64,000 nucleotides of DNA from Bugula neritina (lineage: Eukaryota > Animalia > Bryozoa). Position 1 is the stretch's first letter. Each line of letters opens with the position of its first letter. The notes beneath the pieces were generated by a model. The model saw nothing but the letters and a program-made list of their open reading frames with translations. It was not told the origin of the DNA and searched no databases. This document shows, piece after piece, positions 44,605 to 58,862 of the stretch. Made by a program: the position numbers and the translations under genes. The stretch is taken from the NCBI GenBank assembly GCA_964035545.1, contig OZ037769.1, positions 124,001 to 188,000 of the forward strand. Reading direction: 5' to 3'.

Positions 44605-47600
44605 ATGGAGGGAAAGATTCGAAAGTTTGAAGAATTTGTGAATGAAAGACTTCGCAAAGATTTGGAGTATGTAAAGCCTACAGCTACTCTCATTATATTA
44701 TGCTGTTTTTATGTATGTGATATATCACTATGTATTGTTGATATCATATCACTATGTATTGTTGATATCATATCACTATATATTGTTGACATCATATCAC
44801 TATGTATTGTTGATATCATATCACTATGTATTGTTGATATCATATCACTATATATTGTTGATATCATATCACTATGTATTGTTGATATCATATCACTATA
44901 TATTGTTAATATCATATCACTATGTATTGTTGATATCATATCACTATATATTGTTGATATCGTATCGTCAATTGTAGAAAAGTCATGATATCCAGAGACA
45001 AAATTGCCGAACAGTTAGCCCAGTATCTACAGTTGAAGACTGTCATAGAGATGATTCAGTCTAAAGGAGTGGATAAAGACCCCCTGCGTACTCAAGTAGA
45101 TCTCGGATGTAACTTTTACATGCAGGCTAAAATGTTAGTATACTGTGTTGTGTAGTATACTGTACTGTTAGTATACTGTACTGTTAGTGTACTGTACTGT
45201 TAGTGTACTGTACTGTTAGTGTACTGTACTGTTAGTATACTGTACTGTTAGTGTACTGTACTGTTAGTGTACTGTACTGTTAGTGTACTGTACTGTTAGT
45301 GTACTGTACTGTTAGTGTACTGTACTGTTAGTGTACTGTACTGTTAGTGTACTGTACTGTTAGTGTACTGTACTGTTAGTGTACTGTACTGTTAGTGTAC
45401 TGTACTGTTAGTGTACTGTACTGTTAGTGTACTGTACTGTTAGTGTACTGTACTGTTAGTGTACTGTACTGTTAGTGTACTGTACTGTTAGTGTACTGTA
45501 CTGTTAGTGTACTGTACTGTTAGTGTACTGTACTGTTAGTGTACTGTACTGTTAGTGTACTGTACTGTTAGTGTACTGTACTGTTAGTGTACTGTACTGT
45601 TAGTGTACTGTACTGTTAGTGTACTGTACTGTTAGTATACTGTACTGTTAGTATACTGTACTGTTAGTGTACTGTACTGTTAGTGTACTGTACTGTACTG
45701 TTAGTGTACTGTACTGTTAGTATACTGTACTGTTAGTATACTGTACTGTTAGTATACTGTACTGTTAGTGTACTGTACTGTTAGTGTACTGTACTGTTAG
45801 TGTACTGTACTGTTAGTGTACTGTACTGTTAGTGTACTGTACTGTTAGTGTACTGTACTGTTAGTATACTGTACTGTTAGTATACTGTACTGTTAGTGTA
45901 CTGTACTGTTAGTGTACTGTACTGTTAGTATACTGTACTGTTAGTATACTATAACATTGTAGCCAGGATCCTTCCACTATATGTGTGAACGTAGGGCTGG
46001 GGTACTATATACAGTACACCCTCCCTGAAGCCATTCTTCACATTAATAAGAGAATGGAATCTCTGAATGTTGCAGCAGACCAACTCGCTGTGGAGGCGTC
46101 ACGAATCAAAGCCCATATCAAGACGGTGTTAGAGGTAAGAATTTAGGCTACATATATTGTAGACTGGGCACCATGAATGAGCTGATGTAATCTACTGCCC
46201 CTCATTCCAACATGGAAACACAAATCCTACTCTCAGTCTGTACAGAGTTGCGTTCTCTTAAAAGAAGACAATTCTAATCATTTGCTGCTGCCCTACAATG
46301 TAAGCAAACATGGCCGATACTGTGTTTTCTTGCCATTCACCCTGCCTTAGTTTTTGTTAAAATTTAGTTTATTAGATATGTAAAATTTGAGTTGCTCACT
46401 TTTAAATTTGAAAGAAGCATAAATTATTTTATTTAATAAAGTCAAAGCACACTGGTAGTTTTCGGAATGAAAATAGTTGGCAACTTATTTATTAACCTTG
46501 GAATGCTTTGGGGGTACAAAAGACTCCTATGGAGTCAAGACGATTAGTAACTATGCGAAATAATAGCAGCTAAGATAAATAAAATAATGGAAACAAATTT
46601 CTTATATTGAACTGCATTTCAGCTGCAAGTTGCAACTTCAAAGATTTGCTTATAAATAACCCCCTACACCACTTAGAAACCCCTACACCACTTAGTAACC
46701 CCCTACACCACTTAGTAACCCCCTACACCACTTAGAAACCCCTACACTACTTAGTAACCCCCTACACCACTTAGTAACCCCCTACACTACTCAGTAACCC
46801 CCTACACCACTTAGTAACCCCTACACCACTTAGTAACCCCCTACAGCACTTAATAACCCCCTACAGCACTTAGTAACCCCCTACACCACTTAGTAACCCC
46901 CTACACCACTTAGTAACCCCCTACACCACTTAGTAACCCCCTGCTATACTATGTTCTACTCAGCTGTATGTGTGTGTGGGGGGGGACTAGTGGTACTAAG
47001 TAGTTTGTTTTCTGTCGTCATGTGGAGATTATTTTTAACTTGTTGGTAAAAATAGAGAATATGAGTGTGTGGGTACCCCAACTCCATATGATGTTTGTTT
47101 GTGGTGTCGGTGTGAGAGAGAAAGGTGTGTGTGAGAGAGAAAGGTGTTGGTGTGAGAGAGAGAAAGGTGTGTGTGAGAGAGAAAGGTGCATGTGTGAGAG
47201 AGAAAGGTGTGTGTGAGAGAGAAAGGTGTCGGTGTGAGAGAGAAAGGTGTGTGTGAGAGAGAAAGGTGTGTGTGAGAGAGAAAGGTGTGTGAGAGAGAGA
47301 AAGGTGTGTGTGAGAGAGAGAAAGGTGTGTGTGTGAGAGAGAAAGGTGTGTGTGAGAGAGAAAGGTGTGTGTGAGAGAGAAAGGTGTGTGTGGGAGAGAA
47401 AGGTGAGAGAGAGAGAAAGGTGTGTGTGAGAGAGAAAGGTGTGTGTGAGAGAGAAAGGTGTGTGTGAGAGAGAAAGGTGTGTGTGAGAGAGAAAGGTGTG
47501 AGAGAGAGAGAAAGGTGTGTGTGAGAGAGAAAGGTGTGTGTGAGAGAGAAAGGTGTGTGTGAGAGAGGAAGGTGTGTGTGAGAGAGAAAGGTGTGTGTGA

Positions 47601-48012
47601 GAGAGAAAGGTGCATGTGGGAGAGAGAAAGGTGCATGTGGGAGTAGCTGTGGGAAAAGTGCTACACCATATCCTTGTATGTCCTTCCTATTATCAAACAT
47701 CTGCAAGTTAATGTAACATCCTTGACTATAAATATATTTATATCCACCAATTGTCTATTTTTAAATGTTCTTTGGCCTTCAAAACTTGAAGAAATTAACA
47801 TAATCAAATAATACATGAAATGCCCAGCTAGCAATATCCCAGATAATATGCCAAAACTCAACCCAGTTTCTCTTTAAAAATAGCTTTAATATGTTTAACT
47901 TACGGATATAGCAAACCATGTGGTGTATGAGTAAGTGTTCTTGTTTTAGGGTCTGAGAGAGATGCAGGATATCCCTGCTGAGGATCCTAAACCACATCGC
48001 CCTGTGTGGTGA
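44605..48012 (+). CDS. UXT: UXT (alpha-class prefoldin-like protein), 150 aa. Exons 44605-44666, 44978-45133, 45963-46134, 47950-48012
   Basis: KFEEFVNERLRKDL, YLQLKTVIE, LRTQVDLGCNFYMQA, VNVGLGYYIQYTLPEA, IKAHIKTVLEGLREMQ; phases match. Confidence 0.93.
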
Positions 48013-48513
48013 TACAGTGACAGCATTATACTGTAGTATGGTGATACAGTGACAGCATTATACTGTAGTATGCTGATATACAGTGACAGCATTATACTGT
48101 AGTATGGTGATACACAGTGACAGCATTATACTGTAGTATGGTGATATACAGTGACAGCATTATACTGTAGTGTGGTGATACAGTGACAGCATTATACTGT
48201 AGTATGGTGATATACAGTGACAGCATTATACTGTAGTATGGTGATACACAGTGACAGCATTATACTGTAATATGGTGATACACAGTGACAGCATTATACT
48301 GTAGTATGGTGATATACAGTGACAGCATTATACTGTAGTATGGTGATATACAGTGACAGCATTATACTGTAGTATGGTGATATACAGTGACAGCATTATA
48401 CTGTAGTATGGTGATATACAGTGACAGCATTATACTGTAGTATGGTGATATACAGTGACAGCATTATACTGTAGTATGGTGATATACAGTGACAGCATTA
48501 TACTGTAGTATGT
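44718..48513. repeat. UXT-associated arrays: 24-bp (44718-44965), 16-bp (45134-45950), 20-bp (46657-46942), ~19-21-bp (47110-47640), 34-bp (48003-48513)
   Basis: ATATCACTATGTATTGTTGATATC; GTTAGTGTACTGTACT; TAACCCCCTACACCACTTAG; GTGTGTGAGAGAGAAAGGT; GTATGGTGATATACAGTGACAGCATTATACTGTA. Confidence 0.9.
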
Positions 48514-48990
48514 AATGAACAGAATAAAGATGTGCAAGCATGTGCTAGGACTGAGTTATAATGTTTATATTATGTCTACGGATATTGTATTATATTATAT
48601 TGTATTATATTATATACATATGTATTACCTGTGTATGCATGTTGTATGCCAGTATGTAAGACAAGCCTATGATCCAATGTGTTATAAGATACTGCTACGC
48701 TTTGTAAAGGTGACTTCACCACTATTTAAAGCACTCAGTCTAACTGAACTCATGTTAGCAGATCTGTAGAGTTAATCCACCCCTGTAATCTCTATATTAT
48801 GTGTATTTCATCTAATCCCATTTCATATAAGGAAATAAATACATTAGCTAACATTACCTCTTCTATTCTATGTGTTGGTTAAGCAGGAAATTCGCTTAGA
48901 TTATCCCTGAATGTGGAGGTGCTTTAGTTTATTTGTTTCCGCTAACCTGGAGAGAATAACTGCTTTATACCTGCAGCCACTTTACCTTTC

Positions 48991-51755
48991 AGTCATCGTA
49001 CTATTAGTGTCAGCATGTGTCTAATTTGGAGCCAGTCATCATACTATTAGTGTCAGCATGTGTCTAATTTGGAGCCAGTTATCATACTATTAGTGTGAGC
49101 ATGTGTCTAATTTGGAGCCAGTCATCATACTATTAGTGTGAGCATGCGACTAATTTGGAGCCAGTCATCATACTATTAGTGTGAGCATGTGTCTAATTTG
49201 GAGCCAGTCATCATACTATTAGTGTGAGCATGTGTCTAATTTGGAGCCAGTCATCATACTATTAGTGTGAGCATGTGTCTAATTTGGAGCCAGTCATCAT
49301 ACTATTAGTGTGAGCATGCGACTAATTTGGAGCCAGTCATCATACTATTAGTGTGAGCATGTGTCTAATTTGGAGCCAGTCATCATACTATTAGTGTGAG
49401 CATGTGTCTAATTTGGAGCCAGTCATCATACTATTAGTGTCCACTATTATAATGTCTAGAGTGCATTATTCAAATCTCCAATACAGAACACTAAATTCCA
49501 TTTCCTGTACTCAGTAACACGGTAATGCCTTTCCATTTGCCTGCATAACTCCTAATTAAATATTGTATATACACTGTATGTATTATATACACGGTATGTA
49601 TAATAGGGTATAATATACACCGTATGTATACTATACACCGTATGTATACTATACACTGTAAGTATTATATACACTGTATGTATAGTATAGAACTGTAAGT
49701 ATAGTATAGAACTGTAAGTATAATATACACTGCAAGTATAATATACACTGTAAGTATAGTATACACTGTAAGTATAGTATACACTGTGAGTATAGTATAC
49801 ACTGTGAGTATAATATACACTGTGAGTATAGTATACACTGTAAGTATAGTATACACTGTAAGTATAATATACACTGTAAGTATAGTATACACTGTAAGTA
49901 TAGTATACACTGTAAGTATAGTATAGAACTGTAAGTATAGTATAGAACTGTAAGTATAATATACAATGTAAGTATAGTATATACTGTAAGTATAGTATAG
50001 AACTGTAAGTATAGTATACACTGTAAGTATAGTATACACTGTAAGTATAGTATACACTGTGAGTATAATATACACTGTAAGTATAATATACACTGCAAGT
50101 ATAGTATACACTGTAAGTATGGTATACACTGTATGTATAATATACACTGTAAGTATAGTATAGACTGTATGTATAATATACACTGTGTATAATAGGGTAT
50201 TATATACAGTATATAATATATAATATTATATATACAGTATATAATATTATAATCTGTATAATATTGCATATTATGTAATCTCCAACACATATAGGTATGA
50301 GCTAATCTAGGATTCATGCCATTACAGCTGCTCGTAACTGTATATTGAGCTAAACCTCTTCGAAAGAGATTGTAATGGCTTGTCACAGCCAAAGGTATGT
50401 GGCACAGTACAAGCACAAGACAGGGGTGTATTAGCACGCACAGGGGGGGGGGGCATATGAACACTTGCACATAAATATATACACACAAGGTAGTGGTGTG
50501 TTAATATCAGACAAGACTACACTAAATATGCAGTTGTATGTAGTATATGAACAAACTGCCAGGTTGTATAACCCCGACACGACCAGCAGTCCTCTACATA
50601 ATTGGTGTCAGGGTATTTCCTCACCAGCTCAAAGCTGATGCAATTACCTTTGACACATGTCGTCAGATTCTACCTGCTTATTAAAGCTACTACAAAAGTT
50701 GTGCCCTCTCACTAATGACGCATATTGATGAGTAACAAAGGACCAACTGCAGATAACATCTAAAATGTAATGGTTATGTGGTGTTTCTAGTTGAGACATT
50801 ACGTAGGTACTTTTTCACATGTAAGTCATTTCTGGCTTCAGTTATATTTTTACTGCTTTTGCTGTTTTGTTATGTATGTATGTATTATTATTTAGATCTT
50901 CTTTGTATCCCAAGTGTTAATGAAGATAAAATACCTACCTACCGTTCATATGGTACATCTATATACATATTCAACGTATAGCCACCCAGGGCTAATATAT
51001 AACTATTGTTGAGGGCTAACTGTGGATGTAGTACCCACATTGTGTTTAAATATATGATTGTCTCTTCCCAACCTCCAACCAACCTGCCTGCAGGGAACCC
51101 TCGACAGATGGTTTACAGAAGAAGGGCAACTGAGAGAAACCACTAGTTGCTAAGTTCACGGTGTGTGCGTCTGTCTGTGTGTCTATATAACTCGTCTATA
51201 GAGCATTATAATAACCAGGTTTAGCTGTATTTAGCTGGCAATAGTGATTGGATTAAGGTATTACTAAGCCTTAATGCATCATGTGTGCCATCATTATTCA
51301 TTCCAGCTGAGACATTGATCAAGAATATTAAAGCATCACCCCATTTCTCAAAGACCTTCATATTAATGTCAAATGTGTAATATATCTGTTGCTTCGTCCT
51401 AAATGCTTCACTATTCAAACATTTTATATGATAGAGTAATATATGGCTGATTGGGTCACAACACAAGTTATATGATAGAGTAATATATGACTAATTGGGT
51501 CACAGCACAAGGTATATGATAGAGTAATATATGGCTGATTGGGTCACAACACAAGGTATATGATAGAGTAATATATAACTAATTGGGTCACAGCACAAGG
51601 TATATGATAGAGTAATATATAACTAATTGGGTCACAGCACAAGGTATATGATAGAGTAATATATAACTAATTGGGTCACAGCACAAGGTATATGATAGAG
51701 TAATATATAACTAATTGGGTCACAGCACAAGGTATATGATAGAGTAATATATGAC
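48991..51755. repeat. Intergenic arrays: 43-bp x10 (48991-49440), 18-bp (49560-50260), 44-bp x7 (51425-51755)
   Basis: AGTCATCATACTATTAGTGTGAGCATGTGTCTAATTTGGAGCC; ACTGTAAGTATAGTATAC; TATATGATAGAGTAATATATAACTAATTGGGTCACAGCACAAGG. Confidence 0.9.
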
Positions 51756-52303
51756 AATGAGTCATATAATATTGTCCAAGGCACACAGTTATCTAACCAG
51801 TGGGTATAGTACAGTTTACAAAGAATTGCCAATTGTGTTTGGCTCCAGTACCTCTACTAAACGCTTCCCTAGTCCCTGAGCTTAACTTTTCTAGCCTACA
51901 ATTCCTAGCAGCACTTATAGCCTCAGCTCTCAAACAACTATTGGTATAGGTATAGAGAAAAACTTGTATACTGCGTTCTGGTGCTCAGTCTACTGAGAGT
52001 GAGTATTATGCTGCCTAGCGGGGTGCTGCCTAGCGGGGTGCTGCCATGAGCTGCCAGTAGAGGATATCTCGTAGAAACAGATTCAGGTCAACTGCCAGTT
52101 TTGCTTAGTTCTTTTAATTTAGCAGATTAGTGAGGAGGGATTTGAAGTTGATTAGATTATCTCCAGCACAATTCTCAATAAAATGATTTATTCTATAATG
52201 AGATTAACGGCTTTTAAACTTCTTAAAAGGATTATGTGAGCTCAGAATAATGGCTGCTTCTTCAAACTCAATTTACTCAAAATTAATACAATTCGTGATA
52301 CTT

Positions 52304-52838
52304 GAGTGGCCCCTAGACTTAGCTGTGTTCACAGCACACAGTCTAGGAGAGGGACATCAGCGAGTGGCCCCTAGACGTAGCTGTGTTCACAGCACACAGT
52401 CTAGGAGAGGGACATCAACTATGGGCCCCTAGACGTAGCTGTGTTCACAGCACACAGTCTAGGAGAGGGACATCAACTATGGGCCCCTAGACGTAGCTGT
52501 GTTCACAGCACACAGTCTAGGAGAGGGACATCAACTATGGGCCCCTAGACGTAGCTGTGTTCACAGCACACAGTCTAGGAGAGGGACATCAACTATGGGC
52601 CCCTAGACGTAGCTGTGTTCACAGAATACAGTCTAGGAGAGGGACATCAACTATGGGCCCCTAGACGTAGCTGTGTTCACAGCACACAGTCTAGGAGAGG
52701 GACATCAACTATGGGCCCCTAGACGTAGCTGTGTTCACAGCACACAGTCTAGGAGAGGGACATCAGCGAGTGGCCCCTAGACGTAGCTGTGTTCACAGAA
52801 TACAGTCTAGGAAAGGGACATCAGCTAGTGGACCTTAG
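52304..52838. repeat. 58-bp hairpin-forming minisatellite, ~9 copies
   Basis: Unit GCCCCTAGACGTAGCTGTGTTCACAGCACACAGTCTAGGAGAGGGACATCAACTATGG. Confidence 0.95.
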
Positions 52839-53820
52839 AAGTAGTCAACAACTAGTAAAGTGTCTGAGAAGTTAAAAAGTAATCTTTATCCACACAAATA
52901 CAAATAGACTATAACCACTATACCCTACACCATAATAAAAACATATCATTTTTCTATTATATTCTATTTTATTGTATCATACTATATTGCATTATATTAT
53001 ATTTTACAATGTTGCATTACATTATATTTAATTTTAAAGATTGCTTATACTGTTATGGTAAATAAGAAAACATTGAGAGCTATGGTACCCTCTAGGCTCT
53101 ACCTACTGACTAACCATGTTGGTATACCAGTAAACACTATAAACACGATAAACACGTGATAGTAGACACTCTTGTAGAAGAGTTTTGTGACCTCATTTAC
53201 AGCCGGAGCAGCAGCCAACCTACTAACCAATACTACTGCAAAGCAGCATGGTAAGAACTTCACCAGAAAAACAAACTTAATGGCATTTTGTAAAAGAGAC
53301 GTAAATCCGAGATTATGATTAGTTGATCCTGATTATTGTTGATATGCTGAACTCTACAGAATAGCAAAAGATAATAAATGCTTTATTGAATTCAAATCAA
53401 ACCAGTACCTGGCAAACTGTAGTTATGTTATGTCCAGCGGTTGCTGTGGAATTTCTAGCACCATACCACTGATGTGGAGTAACAACCTTCACAAATTATT
53501 AGCCAGCCAGATTCTGAATACAATTTATTAGTCAAATATCAAGTTGCAAGTCTATGTTAACCTATGATGACTTGTAATAGTTGGTATAGAAATCTGATAA
53601 ACAGGTTATTTACAGCTTATGATAGTATATTCTGTAGCAACCCACAGCAGGGCGCTGTTGTACTCATCAATTTGCTCAACCTTATGCAACCTGCAGTGAG
53701 TCTTTTAGGAGACAGAAACATTCCCTCATAGTCACAAAGAGCAGATTTCTCTGTAGCTTTAAATATTTCTCCTGTTATCTTGAAAGATGTTGCTGTGTTG
53801 AGTTGTTGAGCAAGTGCTTG

Positions 53821-54308
<488 letters not shown>

Positions 54309-55677
54309 ATATAGAACTAGTAGAATATGCCATTAAACATCCTCCCTCTCTTCACTGTGCACTCAATTTCCTTCTATAGGCTGCGGCTAACGACTACCCC
54401 TTCACTAATGATCAAATTGAAAAACTCCATAAATAAAATTATTGCAAAAAGTCATTCAAAGAACTGTAATCTCTAAATTATTAATTGTTGATTTTATCTG
54501 CTCAATCATTTATAGTGCCTGCTCACGGAAAATGCTCAGTGTGACTGACTATAGCTGTACTTATTCAGCCACTAGAATCGATAAGTGTGTTGTATTAAAT
54601 ATTACTCTAATCTAAGCTAAAAATCAACCAGCTTCCACTTGTGATCATAAAGAACCAGATTTAGTAACAGCTTCACAAATAAGACCTTTCTACCCGTACA
54701 GAAAGCTTGGTAGCTATGCTAGTACAGCACTACACATTATATGCTTATATTTGCTGCACTATAATACCTCCAACTGCCGAGAGCTTAATGACTAGTAGAT
54801 CAAAAAGAAGAAAGTGGAAATAAATAGAAGAACGAATGAATCAGAGTAGCATTAATATTTCACAGTTCCTGAATTGAGGTTAACATTAATCTGGAGATTT
54901 TCTTTCTAGACATCCGATTATCTGCTCAACTAATGAAAAGTTTTTTAAAAAGTTGTAATCTGTAGATGGAAACAAAATGCTACAACATAATGGCCTATGA
55001 TTCACTCAAGTTTCCTCGTACTTAGAAATAAAGTTTTGAGATTATAGTTTAAGGAATATTAAATGGTGACGCATACGTTACTATGATCCAGCATAGCCTA
55101 AAGACTCATTACAAGCCCTTGCTGTAGACATCAAATTCAATTTGAAAGTTTTGTTCTGGTGGAATATTCAATTCATAAAGGTGTGGTAACGAGCACCCTT
55201 TGCTTTGATGGTACGAGCTGTCTTTGCCCATAAGGCTGAAATTCATGCTTACTATAATAAGTGTGAGCTATAGGTATTGCAGCTGTAGGTATCAGCTATA
55301 TATAGGTGTCAGCTGTAGGTGTCAGCTGTAAGTATCAGCTATATAAGTGTCAGCTGTAGGTATCAGCTGTATAGGTGTCTGAGAAACACAACTTTAGATC
55401 TCAATACAGCTGGAACTTTGTTATTTAATACATAAATCTTTGGCTACTAGATTAATCATTAATAAGTCAACTAAATGAACCAGTAAAGAATTAAAAGTGT
55501 TGTCATTTCACAGTTTGCGCCATTCACACGTAGAGTAGTAATGAATAATGGACTAATAAATTACACATAGGGGTCTGCAGCGTGATTACACACTTTTGCA
55601 CACCTTATAGATGAGCATGCAACCTGCCAAAAGTCACCAGGGCGTGGAGTTAAAGTCACTCGGTGCATTCCACAATG

Positions 55678-55691
55678 GTTACCATGGCAAC
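55678..55691. promoter_or_regulatory. Consensus RFX X-box, no adjacent gene recognised
   Basis: GTTACCATGGCAAC. Confidence 0.55.
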
Positions 55692-58231
55692 TCCAACTGC
55701 TTGAGGTTCCATCTTGGCCACCCTCCAAGCTACACACCGTTAATGGATGTCGTTACTTTTTAAATTGTTTACGCCCCATTACCATTCTAATTGTTTCACG
55801 TAAAAGTTCAGAATGTTACGTGGTTGTCAGCTTCGTACCAGTTTCCTGCTGAGCCATCATTATGAGACAGAGACAATTAGAAGGTGGAAATGGTGTCAAT
55901 AACTGAAACTGCAATTCAGCATTACATTTAAGCAATAGTTTGATCTAGTGCCACCCTAGCTTGCCATTTTGTAGGTTATGGGCTTGGAGTATGCTTATCG
56001 TAACGTCTGCAGAGTATTCTAAAGTATTTAGTCACCTGATGAAGATATTTTACTTACACTGATGAGTCACATTGTCTCTCAGATTTCACTTAAAACAGAT
56101 ACTTAATGGAATTAAGTTAAATCTAGGTTTATTTTTTAATCTTCTCTAAATGCAACACTAAATAAACATTACAGTTCCTTGTGTTTAGAGTTTCTGACAA
56201 CAGAAAGATATGCGGAGACCAGGAGAGGGAGAAAGGGTAAAATGGTGGTTGTTGTTTCACTACTCAGGTCTACTCTGCTTTGAAGTTGACTGCAGGACTG
56301 TTGCACAGTTAATATACAGTCTTTAGTTAATCTTATAATGCAGCTGCCCCCATGAATTCAACCAAGGCCTAACCTAATGAATACAAATTCCACTGCCCCA
56401 AACTTGTTCAAGCGTTCCTTTTGACTCTAGAATGAAATCATGTTTCAACCCAATTTGCAACCTAGAGTGGAAACACAGGCAATTAGCAGTGACACTCTCA
56501 CTACACACCTCACGTAAGCTTATTCTCCAGCTACGTCAGGTAATGTGTGAGTCATTTATTCTCCAATATTACCTAACTCTAGCTTCTGTGGTCCAAGAAG
56601 AAACAGAAAAGAGGCACCTGTAACATCTGACATCATTTGACATGGCAACCAACACCCTGAACTGACACTTTCACCATGCTGGTCAAATTACTTCTGACAA
56701 CTTACTACTCACTGGTCTTTCATAGAACTGCAGGGAGATTTATTATGATGTTCAAAGTTCAAACTATTTATTATGTGAATGAAAGTTGAAGCGTGCCACA
56801 TCATAATATATACTCAATTAGATAGGTAGACGTTGCAAGTTTTGGGAAGTAATATATATTGAATTGGATACATAAATTGGTACAACCAAGTAGTTACATT
56901 TGTAATAGCAATTGTACTCAAAATACTGTAATTATGTTAAAAAGTTAATTAGAAATATATTTTTTATAAATAATAAATGCAAATATAATACAAGAATACT
57001 TCCATTGGTCTATTTAATCTGTTTTAAACAAATCCTCTTGCAGCATACTGAAACTATTGAAGGGTTTGTTGAGTTAATCTTGATACCATCTTATATCTTT
57101 ACATATGATTGATAACAGTAGTTTACTAGATAACATTATTCAAATGTTATTATAAAATATTATAATTGAGAAAATATGGTCACTCATCATGATTAATGAG
57201 CTTTTTTGTTAAAAAACGTCAAAATAGATAAAAAAGAAAAAGTTGCTTTTATATGAGCTTCTATTGTCTATATTCTATAAAATAACTCTCATTGTCTATA
57301 TATTCTATATTCTATATAATCGTATGACCATGTATGCATGCACTATATATATTCTATATAGGACCAACTCTATTCCACTGAACTACAACTTCCTGCTGAT
57401 ATTTCTGTCCATCCAGGCTGTTTATAACCTAGTAGTGGGTGTAGAAGGAGGACTATAGATATTTATAGAAGAAAAATCTAAGAATACGGAGGGGTTATTC
57501 TCTTAGCCAACTTTCACACACCAACTGTTGGTTTGGGATGAAAGCCAACATCATTAACCTTAGAAAAACTCCCTTGCAATATTCATGAAAAAACGCAAAA
57601 AATCTTTAAAATTTCTTCACAGATAGACCTAAAAATTTCATCACCTATGGTTAAATTTAGAAAGTTGATTTATTTTTACTTTCACTATCATAAAATAGGA
57701 AAACAAATGGCACACCTATAACTTACCTTCCACAATGATAAAACAACCATGAGTGCCTGGAAAGTGAGATTGCATAGTTTATAGGAGAAGTGATGGATAC
57801 ATTAAACCTAACAAGCTAATAAATACCTAATAGCTGATATTTGTATAGACCTTATGCATTCATAAATAAAAATAGATGCAGCTTTGGCTTTGAAGAACAA
57901 ACATGAATAGACTAGTGCATATGAGCCCTCCCTCCCCCTCCTTCCCCCCTCCTTCCCCTCCCCCTCTCACACTGGTGTTGGGTGGAAGAGAGATACAATG
58001 AGTTGCCCCAAGTAAACGTGGCAGTTCTAACCTCAAGTGCTGTTTTTAATAGCTGGAGTTGAGATAATTAAAGAGCCGAGGATTGCATAATCATCTTAGG
58101 GCTTTTATCTTTGGTTTGACAGTTTGCCAAGAGGCATTGTGATGCAGTGAGCATCTTTGGGATGATTTCACTGCCTAGGGTGATAGGATACGGCTGGGTG
58201 CACCACTTTAAGATACGAGAGTCTGGGGGAG

Positions 58232-58267
58232 TATAAAAGGTGAGCAAGGAGACTGAGGAGATCAGTT
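58232..58267 (+). promoter_or_regulatory. TATA box plus initiator of the MMP gene
   Basis: TATAAAA at 58232 and TCAGTT Inr with the A at 58264 (TATA at -32). A non-coding exon ends at a GTAAGC donor at ~58346; the acceptor at 58849 lies just before the ATG. Confidence 0.7.
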
Positions 58268-58862
58268 GCTTGGTGAAACAGCAAAGCATCTTGTAAACCA
58301 TTCTTAGATTTCCTCTACACATTGGAATACTCTCTGATACTCATGTAAGCTCCATGTAAATTATTCTTTTGGCTAAATAAGTATTATAAATATTTCTCTT
58401 CATTTTCAGTTATTTGTGTGTATATTAAGAGTGAACACCATTGCTATGTGGAATAGCAAGATATTATATACTATATAGTTTACTAAAGCAAACTTAATTA
58501 AAATTCTTCATACTGCTTACTAGACTTGAAGTAAATTAAAATGCAGAAGTAATTGCATTAGGGCCATCAGTTAGCTCGTTTAAAGCCCTTAAATTGAAGT
58601 GAATTTTGAAAGAGATTACTCCTGACTAATCCTAAAGGCTGCACCTAGATCAAATAAAGAGGGATTAGCAGCTTAGCTAGAGGAGAATGGCGGATCTCCG
58701 GAGATTATCTGCTTATAATATAATGAGCCTCTTTACTTCTCTCAGTTTTCAGCCAGACTCAGCTGAGCTCAGTTCAAGAGAGACGCCAATTTATTTGCGC
58801 ATGCTATAGGACATTGAAAGACAATTTTAAATTAAATTTCCTCTTTTAGGTCAACAGTAGCC

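Noticed and set aside
46657-46942. Interstitial telomere
   Set aside because: 20-bp unit with only one TAACCC per unit; no (TTAGGG)n run.
48991-52838. 43-, 44- and 58-bp arrays as CRISPR-like loci
   Set aside because: Units are contiguous with no unique spacers, there are no cas genes, and the context is eukaryotic.
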